Assembly (NCBI GenBank): GCA_002753515.1
Contig: PEAK01000009.1
Span: 19,350 to 83,349 of the forward strand
DNA: 64,000 nucleotides
Origin: Magnetococcales bacterium
GTDB taxonomy: Bacteria > Pseudomonadota > Magnetococcia > Magnetococcales > UBA8363
Reading direction: 5' to 3'
This document shows, piece after piece, positions 10,236 to 20,391 of the stretch. Position 1 is the stretch's first letter; each line of letters starts with the position of its first letter. The notes beneath the pieces are model-generated. The model was not told the origin of the DNA. It did not search any database and saw only the letters and a list, made by a program, of their open reading frames with translations. The translations under genes were made by a program, and so were the position numbers.

Positions 10236-10382
10236 ACCGCAACCAACGCGGGATACGTAGTTTTCCTGCGTCATTCCCGCGAAAGCGGGAATCCAGAAAA
10301 TCAGGGAAAGTAGGAAGGTTCTCTGGATCCCCGCTTTCGCGGGGATGACAATAACTGCACATTCCAAGATAGCTGCGGTTTA
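10233..10382. repeat. 150-bp REP/REPIN- or MITE-like element, copy 1
   Basis: Terminal inverted repeats TAAACCGCA...TGCGGTTTA. Two internal inverted palindromes, GTCATTCCCGCGAAAGCGGGAATCCAG (10270-10296) and CTGGATCCCCGCTTTCGCGGGGATGAC (10323-10349). A homologous copy lies at 61872-62021. Confidence 0.9.
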
Positions 10383-10517
10383 ACCAAACCCTCCAACACC
10401 CCTTCAAAAAAGACACCATCAAGTCGGAGAACCAGGACAACCTCACCCCCAGCGCCCGACCGACCGGGCATGGGGTAAGACCATCCTTAAGAAGCTTACA
10501 GACCCGCACCCCAATCG

Positions 10518-10579
10518 TTGCGCACCCAAATGATCACGGGAATCCAAATCTGACCTGACTTGGATTCCCGTGTGCGCAA
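10518..10579. terminator. Extended hairpin between convergent genes (terminator or degenerate REP)
   Basis: CACGGGAATCCAA (10535-10547) pairs with TTGGATTCCCGTG (10560-10572), with an outer TTGCGCAC/GTGCGCAA pair. It shares the GGGAATCCA core with the REP-like element. Confidence 0.55.
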
Positions 10580-10722
10580 GGGTGCTTAATCCCAAGATAT
10601 CTTCAATAATAGGCAGTTTTACCGAATATCAAACTAAGCTGATCCACTCGCGATCAAAAAATACCACCTGACCTGACAGCCATCCCGGATCCATCCCGCC
10701 TGAACGTCACCAGCACCATTAC

Positions 10723-13700
10723 TTATGGTACCAGGGTGACGCCACCATTGCTGCTGCCGGTGATATTGAATTGAATAGTGGAAATCTTCCCCGGGAGATA
10801 ATGGTCCAAACGTATCCCGGTTGCCGCATTGGGAACATTGGAGGAATTACCGGTGACCGCTGACCAGATACCCTGGGCGACCATCCCACTGTAGGTGGAA
10901 TCACCCGAGCTTCCCAATACCCCGGTCACGACATATTTGGGTACACCTCCCCCCTGGAAAAAGGTCAGATTGCCATCTGTCTTCAGGCTCGCCAAAATTC
11001 CATCATAGGAAGAGATCAACGTATCCAGATTGATGGAAGAAATTGAGATCCCGGAAAATGAAACATCTACCTTGGAGTTGGTTCCGTCAAAGGTGATCAT
11101 GTTACCCGCGATAGATGGTATCACCGTTACCAGGATATCGACGGTTGAATTACCAACGTAAGGGGCGGCATTGACCAATACACCTGCCAAAAGGGAATTC
11201 TTCACCGAACTGGGAAGCCGCGCCAACACGGTACCCAAAGCCTGAACACGCATTCCTACAAGAATCTTGGGGGTGTTTGTGACCGAAACATCCATTGTGT
11301 CGATAATATCCCCGACACTGGAGATACCCGCTGTGCTTCCAGTGAGTTGATGGTTCAATTTGGATAATATCATGGTTCTGATATTATCATTGATAAAGGT
11401 AATACTCTGGGGCGTGGCACCCGCCAAACTGGTCACGGCATTCCTGAAAAAGGTATTGGCATTGGCGGATAAAGCCGCCACTGCCGCTGCATTACCCACC
11501 GTGGTGTTCTTCGCCACCACAGTCACCTGGGAAATATACGATGCTGTGGTTTTAGGATCGGACTGGGGAGTGCTTTGAACAACCCCACCGCTTAAATAAC
11601 TGGTACCGGCATCCGTTACCGTATAAGTGATGGAGCGCACAGAAGCCGTGGGACTGGCGTTGCTGGCATTCTTATATTGCACCGCCCTCAAAGCCGCTTG
11701 ATAAGCCGCAATAGTACCATTACCCGTGATTGTCAAAGTTCCACCCGCATAGGAACTGGTTGCGCCGGTAATATAGGTGCTGGCCGCAGCAGGAAGACTC
11801 AGGACATCATCTGCAGCGGTATAATTACCACTGATGACGACAGAAGCACCGGAGATGGTATCGCTCTCACTATCCGTGAAAACAACTCCACTATCGATCG
11901 TAGTCGCCACATTTTTATTTGGATCCAGACTCACATTATAAGTAGATGTGGCTGGCGTGGAAGTAAACACCGGTACATCATTGATGGGATAAACAGTCAC
12001 CGTACTCTGCATACTCGCCAGCGCCGTAGTCGAACTGCCGGATCCACCGGAATCGGTAACCACATATTGGACCAGGCGAGAACCGTAAGTTGGGTTGTCA
12101 CTGGTATTTTGATAGGTTACCGTTCGCAATACCGTTTGATAGGTTGCCTTGGTATCGGTCCCAGTAAGAGTCAACGTCCCCGTTCCGGCACTCCAGGTGG
12201 CCGTCACATTGCCCGAGACGGTCGCCGCCAAGGCGTCCTGTCCATTGATATAGGTAGCCGGGGTAATGGTAACCGTTGCGCCTGAAAGGGTACCATTGTC
12301 TGGATCCGTGACGGTCGCAGTGGAACTGATCACCTTTTTGTGCTTCAGATTGGTAGTGCCTATAGGTTCCTGATCCTCAACATAACTGACGCTGGAAGCG
12401 GCGTTGGCCACCGTGGGGGGATCATTGACCACAGTCACCGTCATCGAACTGGTTACCGCAGTACTGGTCGGATTGCCGCCATTCGTTGAACCCCCAACAT
12501 CCGTAACCTGCCACGTCAAGGTCCGAGTCCCAGCACCCGGATCACGGCTGTTGTTGATATAGGTCACTGACCGCAGCGCCGTTTGATAATTGGCAAGGGT
12601 CGTCGTTCCAGTCAAAGTCAAAATATGAGTGGTAGTATCCCAGGTGGCAGAGATGCCGTTTTGTGTCGTCATTTGCAATGTATCAGCCGGGCCATCTCCG
12701 GAGGTCGTCGGAATCCCAGTCAGAGTGATAGTAGCCCCTTGAATATCATTAGACTCCGAATCGGTAATGGTGAGCTGGTTGCTGGGATCAATGGAGATCG
12801 CCGGCGTGATCACTCCCGGTGTGGCATCTTCGGCATAGGTCACCGCTGCGGTGGGGGCCGTCACCACCGGGGGATCGTTCACCGGAACCACCGTTACCGT
12901 TGCAGTCACCATGCTGCTGGTCGCAACCAAGGGAACGCCCGAATCCGTAAGGGTGAAACCAACCTTGCGAATCCCGCCGGTCGGGTTGTAGTTGATCAGA
13001 CCCGTCACCGCATCATAATTGGCATAGGTCACCGTTGCCAACGCCGCTTTGTACTTGGCCAATGTTGCCGTGCCGGTCATCGTCAAAATGCCGGTTGTCT
13101 TGTCATAGGTTCCCGTGATGCCATCGGCATTGGCATAACCCCCGGACACATTCGTCTGACCCGCAAACGCGAGACGATCCTCGGGATAAACCGTGACGCC
13201 ATTGTTATCGGTAATCTTAACCGTTGCACCGGTTATGGTATCCCCTTCCGCATCGGTCGCAGCAATAGCACTGTCTATGATGGTCGCTGCCGCTTTTTCG
13301 ATATAGGTAATGGCACCTGTTGTCGTCAAGGCCGGGGGATCATTGACCGCCACCACGGTCAGACTGCTGGTCACGGAAATACTGGTGGGATTGCCGCCAT
13401 TCGCAACACCGCCGTTATCCGTCATCGTCCAGGTCAAGGTCCGGGTTCCGGCTCCCGGATCGCGACTGTTATTGATATAGGTCACCGATCTGAGCGCCGT
13501 TTGATAGTTGGCTATGGAGGCCGTTCCCGTCAACGTCAACGTGTGCGTAACCGCACTCCAGGTTCCGGTAATGCCATTTTGACTGGTAAACTGCAGTGTG
13601 TCAGCCGGACCCACCCCATTGGTGGTCGGAATTCCCGACAGGACAATCGTTGCGCCCAATATCTGGTTCGATTCCGAATCCGTCACGGTGAACTGGCTAT

Positions 13701-16700
13701 TGGGATCAATGCTCATAGCCGGCGTGATCACTCCCGGCGTGGCATCTTCGGTATAGGTCACCGTTGCGGTGGGTGCCGTCAAAACCGGGGGATCGTTGAC
13801 CGGAACCACCGTCACCGTATCGGACACAGCCGTGCTGGTCATGGGTGCGGGCGGCGTACCCGTATCGGTAACCGTAAATTTAACCTTACGGAAACCACCT
13901 GTGACATTGTAGTTGATCAATCCAGTGGTGGCGTCATAGTTGGCATAGGTCACCGTGGCCAATGCCGCCTGATATTGGGCTACGGTTGCCGTCCCGGTCA
14001 AAGTCAACACCCCGGTCGTCTTGCTGTAGGTCCCGGTAATACCATCCGCATTGGAATAGGCCAGGGCAACATCGGTTTGTCCAGCAAAGGCAAGGCGGTC
14101 TTCCGGGTAGATCGTCGTCCCATCGCTGCCGGTAATCGATACCGTCGCCGAAGCAATGGAATCCCCCTCGGCATCGCTTATCGTGATGGCTGCGTCAATG
14201 ACAACCGGTGCAGCCTTTTCCAGATAAGTTACGGCTCCCGTGGACACAATCACCGGGGCATCGTTGACGGGTGTCACCTTGACCGTACTGGTCACAGCGA
14301 CAGAACTGTCGGTTCCATCCGTGATCGTCGTCGCAAGAATACGATCCGTAGCCGTGGGGTTGGACCCATTATGATAAAATGTCACCGATTTAAGGGCAGC
14401 GAGATAGGCCGTTGTACTCGCTACCCCCGCCAGCGTCAATTTGCCTGCGGTTGCATCCCAGGTTCCGGTAATCTTGGTCGTATTGGTAAAGCCCAGGACA
14501 TCGTAATCTTTCACATCTTTTTGATAGCCGCTGGTAATCGTCACCGTTGCCCCGGCCATGGTCACATTGTCGGGATCGGAGATGGTCAACGTCGTATCAA
14601 AAGGGGTCGCTGCATCTTTTTCAGTGTAATTTAACGTGCCACCCGCAGTCATGAGGGGGGGATTGTTGATTGGAACAACGGTTACGGTATAGATCACCGC
14701 TGTACTGGAATCGGTTCCATCCGACACGGTGACCGTAATCTCTCGATCACCCGCCGCCGGATCATGACTGGAGGATGTATAAGTTACGGCACGCAGAGCC
14801 AGTTGATAATCTGCAACCGTAGTCATTCCCGTCAACGTCAATACACCCGTTGTCGCGTTCCAGTTTGTTTTAATTTTGGTGGTTCCGACAAAACTCAATA
14901 GATCTTTGCCTGGATCAAATCCGCTGGATAGGGCAATGGTAGCACTGGTCAGATTGGCATTATCGACATCGACAACCTGGACGGTTTTATCCAGCAAAAT
15001 CGGTGTATTGGTACCCAACCCCTCGGTCTCAGTGAAAGTTGACGCCGCAGTCCCCTGGGTCACCACCGGGGGATGGTTCACGTGCGTCAGGGTAATGGTC
15101 AGGGACTTGGTGTCGGTCAAGGGGGTGTTCACAGCCCCGGAATTGCCCAGATCATCCACTTTCACCGTTAACGTGTCGGTACCGTAAAACAAGTAGTCCC
15201 CCAGATACGTCAAACCCGCCAACGCCGTATTCAGATCGGCCAGGGTACCTGAAAAAATCATCGCGGAAGAATTATTGCTGCCGGAATTAAAGGTGAGCCC
15301 CTTGGTAGTGCCCAAGGTCAATTTCCCATGATTCACCGTCAAGGTCACCTTTTCCGTACCCGTTCCAACATCAACATCAGCAATACTTAAACCCAGAATT
15401 TTCAACGCGGTTTCCTGCAAGCCGCTTTGATCCTCCGGCATGGTGAGTACTGGGGCATCATTGACAGCCGTCACAGTGATCACCGCCGTCGCTTTGTCCG
15501 GCCCCACCTTGTTGGCAGCGGCACCCGTCGCAGCAAACACATCAAAACCAAAGACAGTGCCATCCGCAGAATTCTGGTTCAGCTTCGGAGTAAACCGCAA
15601 CCCGGTCGCCCCTTCATCGACGGTAATGAAATCTCCCTCCGCGATCATCGTTTTACCATCGGTTTTGAAGAGAGTACCGTTGGTAATATTGGCAATTTTA
15701 AAATGGGTCACTTCGGCACCATCGACACTGTTGCGCCCTATCACCAATCCCGATGTGGTCTGAACATCCTCATTGGTGGTCGCAGGGGTCACAGTGGGTC
15801 GGTCGGCCACTGGATTGACCGTCACTTTAAAGCTTTTGGAAGTCGAACCAACCGTTTTACTGCCATCGGAAACCGTCAGCGTTATGGTGGCGGATCCAAA
15901 CTGACTTGCAACGGGTGCAATCGTTACTGTCCTGTTGGCATCTGTACCGGAAATCACCACATTGACAACAGGAATCAGAGTGGGATTGGATGAATCGGCC
16001 GTGACCGTCAGCGTATTGGCCGCAGTATCCAGATCCGCAACCTGAAAGGAGAGCGGACCCACTGTCGCATTTTCATTGACTGTGACATCAGCGATGGCGG
16101 TCAGGGTTGGCGCATGATTAATCGCAGTCAGCGTCATGGCGACGGTCGTTGCGGCGGGAACCGTTGTTCCGCTACCCACATTGCCCATATCGTTCAATTC
16201 GATCGCAAGCGAATCGGCCCCATAATACAGGGTGTCCCCGAGATAGTTCAGATTGGTCAATGCTTTGGTCAAGTTGGCAAGGGTATCCAACAACACCAGC
16301 GATTTACTGGACTGACTGTGATCCGAAAAAACGGACAAGGTTCCATGTTGTACCGTCAACGTCAGTTGGATTTTTTCCGGGCTGATCAGGGTCAAATCGG
16401 GATCGCCGATCTGAATGCCGGTGATAGTGGCCTGGGTCTCTTCCAAAACGTTGAGAGTGGAGGGGGCGGTAATAAACGGTGGCCTGTTCATTTTCTTGAG
16501 GGAAATGGTCACCTTGGCAGGTACGATGGCCACCGCCGGGGATGCATCGGGCCCGTCCTGGGCACTCACCGTCAATGTATACACCGGGAGGTTTAGATAA
16601 TTCAGATTGGCGTTGGCGGCAACGGTAATCTGCCCCGTCGTTGCATCAATGGCAAACGCGTTGCCGGTATTACCACCCGTGATCGCGTAGGTTGGCGGAT

Positions 16701-19700
16701 CCTTTTCAATGTCGGTCGTACTCACCGAGCCCACGACAGTCCCAACCTTCGCCGTCTCATCAACGGAGAAGTTATAGGTGGTGCTGACAAAAACAGGTGG
16801 GTAGTTGACAAATTTTACCGTAATAACGGTCGAACCACTGACAGTCAAAGGATTTCCAGAACCTATGTTACCCATATCGTTGATTTCAACGCTTAAGGTA
16901 TCACTACCGCTATAATGCAGTTCCGGGGCATAGCTCAATTGAGACATAACCTTGTTCAAGGCGCTCATTTTACCTTGGAGCGTCACGCTTTTCGACCCGG
17001 ATCCCCCCGCAATGACCGTAGCACCGGTCAAATCACTCAACGTCAGCACCCCATGCAAAACCGCCAGTCTGGCCGTCATGTCCCCACCCGGGGTTTTGGA
17101 CGTGATATCTGGATCCGCGATAACAATGCCCGTGATCTCCGCCTTGCCATCTTCCAACACACTCACCGGTGCGGGCATAACCACAGTGGGTGGCTCATTA
17201 ACATTGTTGATCTGTATGGTAACCACCGCGTTGCCATCGGCAAGCGTCAATGGCGGCGTATTATTATCGGTTACCGACACCTCCAGGGTATAGGTTGACA
17301 AGGTTTCAAAATCGAGTTTGGCATCCTTGTTCACGGTGATCTGCCCCGTGGCGGCATCGATGGCAAACGTATTACCCACATTACCCTTGGCAATGGCATA
17401 GGTCAGTTTGGGGGCATGCGGGGCAGAAGCCTGTACGGCCCCAACGACTGTCACAGCGGGACTGTTTTCATCGACCGAGAAGGTCAGGTTGGTATTGGTC
17501 AGTACCGGGGGGAAATTGACCGGTTTGATAGCGATTGTAGCACTTCCAGATGCCGTTAACGACCCCCCGCTCCCCTGAAATCCCAGATCATCGACCGACA
17601 CGCTCAGGGTATCGGTGCCCCGATAATATTGATTGGGATTGTAAACGATTTTCCCCAGAACGTTGTTCAAGGAAACAACCGTCCCATTGATGGTCAAACT
17701 CTTGCTACCCGAAGCCCCAGCCGTTACCGTCACCCCCGCACTGTCGGTCAGATTCAGCACACCATTGTTGACTTCCAGCTTGACCGATTCCACCCCTTTG
17801 TCCCCACCCGTCAGCAAGCTGTCGGGATCGGCAACCACAACACCCGCAAGCGGCAATTGGCCATTCTCATTGACGCTGAAGGAACCAGGGACCGTAACGG
17901 TCGGCGGTTTGTTGATCTTGCTTAAATTGATGGTAATTGTAGCCGTAACATAGGTGATCTTTTGCGTAAAGGTATCGGCCACATTGTCGGTGACCGTCGC
18001 TGTCAAGGTGTACGATGAGGCCTTGCCATAGTCCAACGCGGCAACCGTTGTAATGGTTCCAGTCGCCGAATCCACGGTGAATACATCACTGGGGGTCAGA
18101 GTATACGCCAGAACTTTGGAAGTGTCCGTCGTCGTTGCCACCAATTTCCCGACTATGGTTTGCGGTGGAACATCATCATTGACAGCAAATGTCTGCGCCG
18201 TCATGACTGGAGGGACATAAAAGGTGGCTGTCTTAAGAACCGGCCTGTTATTTGAATTCGTATTGGAAGAAGAGGCCGGCGTGCTTGCTGTGGGAGCCGG
18301 AGTCGCCGCAGCCGATTGAGACGCATTATTAAAAACTGAATTGGGATCGGAAGCAGCGGTTGGCGTTGTCTTCGCCCCGGTATCAACCGGTTTGGCGGAA
18401 GTATCCGATTTGGCAGAAGTATCCGGTTTGGCGGAAGTATCCGATTTGACGGAAGTATCCGATTTGGTGGAAGTATCCCCGGCAACCGCTGTATCACCTT
18501 TTCCGGTACCGCCAGTGGTTGCAGCCGTATCCTTGGAACCTCCCGCTGCATCGCTACCACCCGTCTTGGCACCGGTCTCAGTACCTACCGGCTTGGTTGT
18601 GTCACCCGGGGTTGGCGGCTTGCCACCACTCTCCGTCAAGGGTGCGGAGCCAGCCTTGACGGCATTTCCCAACTGCTTAGCCACGTCATAATCCTGAATA
18701 CCAATGGCTTTGGCCTGGTCTTTGATCTCCTGCTTCACTTCCCTGGCTGTTTTTTCGAGGATCTCAGACAAACCTTTGCCTTCTTTCACCTCCTTTGACA
18801 CTTCTTTGGAAAAATCTTCCACTTTGCTGGCGGTTTTTTCGAGGGCAGCCGCCGCAGCCGTGTCATCCACCTTGGCATTGGCAACAGCTTCCGGACTGAC
18901 AGATTTACTCTCCAACGCCGCTTTCTTGTCGGTCAACTCGGCAAGCTTCTCCTTGTCTCCAGACGTTTCCGCCGCTTTCATCTCTTCCTTGATCTGGTCC
19001 AGCTGTTTCTCCGTCTCGATGGCCTTGACGATATCCTCCTTGGTTTTCTCCTGCAATTTTTCTTCAGCCGCCGCCACTAATTTGTCCAAGGCTTCCGGTG
19101 ACCTATCCAAAATCTTTTTGACCTCTTCAACACTGGAAGCCGCCCCTTTGGCCACCAAAGACTTGGCGAGATTGTCCGCCAAGGCTTGTTTCGCCGCCGC
19201 CGGAAGCCTTTGCACAGCAGTGCTGGCATAAGCATTTGCCAGCTTGGCCGGCGGAGCCGAAAAAACAACAGGCGGTGTTTTCTTGGAACCGCTTAACATC
19301 TGGTCTCTTTTGACCACCTCGGGTGCCTTGCTCAGATCAGCAGCCTCAGCATTGGCAATCAGGGCAGTCAAAAAAAGAATCTCGCCAGAGGAAGAACTGA
19401 CCTTTTTGTCAATTTCCTCCATCCACACCAGCACCTCGTCCCTGAGAGAAATGACCTCGATCCCCTGATCGTCACCCAAACCGTTCAGTTGAATAAACCC
19501 TTCCGTACCACGAACCCCCATGGTCGCGACCGGGGTCACCATGTGAAATGGTTTGCTCTTGAGCTGGCCCAGGCGTCCCGAAGTGAATTTGGCCGATCCC
19601 TTGTTCAACTTCACCTCGCCCTTGTTGCCATCCTCTTCATTGACCGTATTATCCGGTCGCACCTTGAAGGCGTATTTCTGCACCAGGAATTCGCTGTCCT

Positions 19701-20088
19701 CACCCAGTGCAATGACGGCATCATCTTTCATTTTGAGGATCAACCGCGCCTTGGAGCCGGTCACGATGCGATCACCTTCAAATACGGGTGAACCTTCGTC
19801 CAGAACCCGTTTTTCCTTGTCTATTTCGGCGAAAGCCAAGCCTTTCAACTGGGTAACCGAAGCCACCGCCTCCCGTTGCGGCGCTGTTTCCGTTGCTTTG
19901 GTGGTTTTGGACTCTTTTTCTTCACCAGGGGATGGCTTGGCCCGTTGCGAAAGCTTGTCGCGATCCAGGGCAATACCCTTGTGTTCCACAGACTTTTGCG
20001 ATCCAAGCAAAAGGAACACGGCAACAGCGGCAATGCCGATGATGATCAGAAAAGCTACAAACCATTTATTTTGGAACAAGTTTCGCAT
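10723..20088 (-). CDS. Giant (3121 aa) surface adhesin-like protein: N-terminal TM, FecR-like domain, coiled coil, low-complexity linker, many cadherin/Ig-like repeats, unique C-terminal domain
   Basis: TM helix FVAFLIIIGIAAVAVFLLLG; FecR signature GDRIVTG..LGEDS..TPVATMGVRGT; repeated VN[DE]xP boundaries and cadherin motifs (FAIDAATGQITV, LDFE). Confidence 0.85.
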   Translation of the reverse strand: MRNLFQNKWFVAFLIIIGIAAVAVFLLLGSQKSVEHKGIALDRDKLSQRAKPSPGEEKESKTTKATETAPQREAVASVTQLKGLAFAEIDKEKRVLDEGSPVFEGDRIVTGSKARLILKMKDDAVIALGEDSEFLVQKYAFKVRPDNTVNEEDGNKGEVKLNKGSAKFTSGRLGQLKSKPFHMVTPVATMGVRGTEGFIQLNGLGDDQGIEVISLRDEVLVWMEEIDKKVSSSSGEILFLTALIANAEAADLSKAPEVVKRDQMLSGSKKTPPVVFSAPPAKLANAYASTAVQRLPAAAKQALADNLAKSLVAKGAASSVEEVKKILDRSPEALDKLVAAAEEKLQEKTKEDIVKAIETEKQLDQIKEEMKAAETSGDKEKLAELTDKKAALESKSVSPEAVANAKVDDTAAAAALEKTASKVEDFSKEVSKEVKEGKGLSEILEKTAREVKQEIKDQAKAIGIQDYDVAKQLGNAVKAGSAPLTESGGKPPTPGDTTKPVGTETGAKTGGSDAAGGSKDTAATTGGTGKGDTAVAGDTSTKSDTSVKSDTSAKPDTSAKSDTSAKPVDTGAKTTPTAASDPNSVFNNASQSAAATPAPTASTPASSSNTNSNNRPVLKTATFYVPPVMTAQTFAVNDDVPPQTIVGKLVATTTDTSKVLAYTLTPSDVFTVDSATGTITTVAALDYGKASSYTLTATVTDNVADTFTQKITYVTATITINLSKINKPPTVTVPGSFSVNENGQLPLAGVVVADPDSLLTGGDKGVESVKLEVNNGVLNLTDSAGVTVTAGASGSKSLTINGTVVSLNNVLGKIVYNPNQYYRGTDTLSVSVDDLGFQGSGGSLTASGSATIAIKPVNFPPVLTNTNLTFSVDENSPAVTVVGAVQASAPHAPKLTYAIAKGNVGNTFAIDAATGQITVNKDAKLDFETLSTYTLEVSVTDNNTPPLTLADGNAVVTIQINNVNEPPTVVMPAPVSVLEDGKAEITGIVIADPDITSKTPGGDMTARLAVLHGVLTLSDLTGATVIAGGSGSKSVTLQGKMSALNKVMSQLSYAPELHYSGSDTLSVEINDMGNIGSGNPLTVSGSTVITVKFVNYPPVFVSTTYNFSVDETAKVGTVVGSVSTTDIEKDPPTYAITGGNTGNAFAIDATTGQITVAANANLNYLNLPVYTLTVSAQDGPDASPAVAIVPAKVTISLKKMNRPPFITAPSTLNVLEETQATITGIQIGDPDLTLISPEKIQLTLTVQHGTLSVFSDHSQSSKSLVLLDTLANLTKALTNLNYLGDTLYYGADSLAIELNDMGNVGSGTTVPAATTVAMTLTAINHAPTLTAIADVTVNENATVGPLSFQVADLDTAANTLTVTADSSNPTLIPVVNVVISGTDANRTVTIAPVASQFGSATITLTVSDGSKTVGSTSKSFKVTVNPVADRPTVTPATTNEDVQTTSGLVIGRNSVDGAEVTHFKIANITNGTLFKTDGKTMIAEGDFITVDEGATGLRFTPKLNQNSADGTVFGFDVFAATGAAANKVGPDKATAVITVTAVNDAPVLTMPEDQSGLQETALKILGLSIADVDVGTGTEKVTLTVNHGKLTLGTTKGLTFNSGSNNSSAMIFSGTLADLNTALAGLTYLGDYLFYGTDTLTVKVDDLGNSGAVNTPLTDTKSLTITLTHVNHPPVVTQGTAASTFTETEGLGTNTPILLDKTVQVVDVDNANLTSATIALSSGFDPGKDLLSFVGTTKIKTNWNATTGVLTLTGMTTVADYQLALRAVTYTSSSHDPAAGDREITVTVSDGTDSSTAVIYTVTVVPINNPPLMTAGGTLNYTEKDAATPFDTTLTISDPDNVTMAGATVTITSGYQKDVKDYDVLGFTNTTKITGTWDATAGKLTLAGVASTTAYLAALKSVTFYHNGSNPTATDRILATTITDGTDSSVAVTSTVKVTPVNDAPVIVSTGAVTYLEKAAPVVIDAAITISDAEGDSIASATVSITGSDGTTIYPEDRLAFAGQTDVALAYSNADGITGTYSKTTGVLTLTGTATVAQYQAALATVTYANYDATTGLINYNVTGGFRKVKFTVTDTGTPPAPMTSTAVSDTVTVVPVNDPPVLTAPTATVTYTEDATPGVITPAMSIDPNSQFTVTDSESNQILGATIVLSGIPTTNGVGPADTLQFTSQNGITGTWSAVTHTLTLTGTASIANYQTALRSVTYINNSRDPGAGTRTLTWTMTDNGGVANGGNPTSISVTSSLTVVAVNDPPALTTTGAITYIEKAAATIIDSAIAATDAEGDTITGATVKITDNNGVTVYPEDRLAFAGQTNVSGGYANADGITGTYDKTTGILTMTGTATLAKYKAALATVTYANYDAVTGLINYNPTGGIRKVGFTLTDSGVPLVATSSMVTATVTVVPVNDPPVVTAPTAAVTYAEDATPGVITPAISIDPSNQLTITDSESNDIQGATITLTGIPTTSGDGPADTLQMTTQNGISATWDTTTHILTLTGTTTLANYQTALRSVTYINNSRDPGAGTRTLTWQVTDVGGSTNGGNPTSTAVTSSMTVTVVNDPPTVANAASSVSYVEDQEPIGTTNLKHKKVISSTATVTDPDNGTLSGATVTITPATYINGQDALAATVSGNVTATWSAGTGTLTLTGTDTKATYQTVLRTVTYQNTSDNPTYGSRLVQYVVTDSGGSGSSTTALASMQSTVTVYPINDVPVFTSTPATSTYNVSLDPNKNVATTIDSGVVFTDSESDTISGASVVISGNYTAADDVLSLPAAASTYITGATSSYAGGTLTITGNGTIAAYQAALRAVQYKNASNASPTASVRSITYTVTDAGTSYLSGGVVQSTPQSDPKTTASYISQVTVVAKNTTVGNAAAVAALSANANTFFRNAVTSLAGATPQSITFINDNIRTMILSKLNHQLTGSTAGISSVGDIIDTMDVSVTNTPKILVGMRVQALGTVLARLPSSVKNSLLAGVLVNAAPYVGNSTVDILVTVIPSIAGNMITFDGTNSKVDVSFSGISISSINLDTLISSYDGILASLKTDGNLTFFQGGGVPKYVVTGVLGSSGDSTYSGMVAQGIWSAVTGNSSNVPNAATGIRLDHYLPGKISTIQFNITGSSNGGVTLVP
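12430..14268 (-). repeat. Tandem duplication of a two-domain unit (~920 bp each) inside the giant adhesin
   Basis: Both units share YPEDRLAFAGQT, EDATPGVITPA and YQTALRSVTYINNSRDPGAGTRTLTW. Confidence 0.9.
18389..18478 (-). repeat. Five tandem 18-bp repeats encoding the DTS(A/T/V)K(S/P) linker
   Basis: Five copies of G(G/A)TTTGGCGGAAGTATCC with minor variants. Confidence 0.9.
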
Positions 20089-20391
20089 CGCCGTGTACCC
20101 CTGACACCCACGGGAAGGGGCTGGTCACTATCCCCCGGGTTGGATAGCCCAGTTCACCCAGTCTTGCATCATGTTATCTGATTACCCCTTAAATTTCCAC
20201 GATTATTCAGTAAAATATCGTAACCGGGAAGTTTCTTTTGTCAAACACAAAACGAACCGATCAAAGGTGCTTTCCAGCGTGGCTTTTGAAGGCCGTTCCT
20301 TTGATCGGTCCTGTTCCCACCCCCGAATCTTTTTCAGAATCGGGATCAATCGTCTCTTTGTGTAACAAACACGCCTGGAAATCCAGATCCC

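Noticed and set aside
10056-10509. ORFs reading VIPAKAGIQ and CHPRESGDP
   Set aside because: These are translations of the palindromic repeat element, not genes.
12583-14634. 683-aa plus-strand ORF, and other long antisense ORFs (5476-6417, 48683-50050, 57709-59031, 61892-63433)
   Set aside because: They are shadows of well-supported minus-strand genes, with Arg/His/Gly-biased translations and no recognisable motifs.
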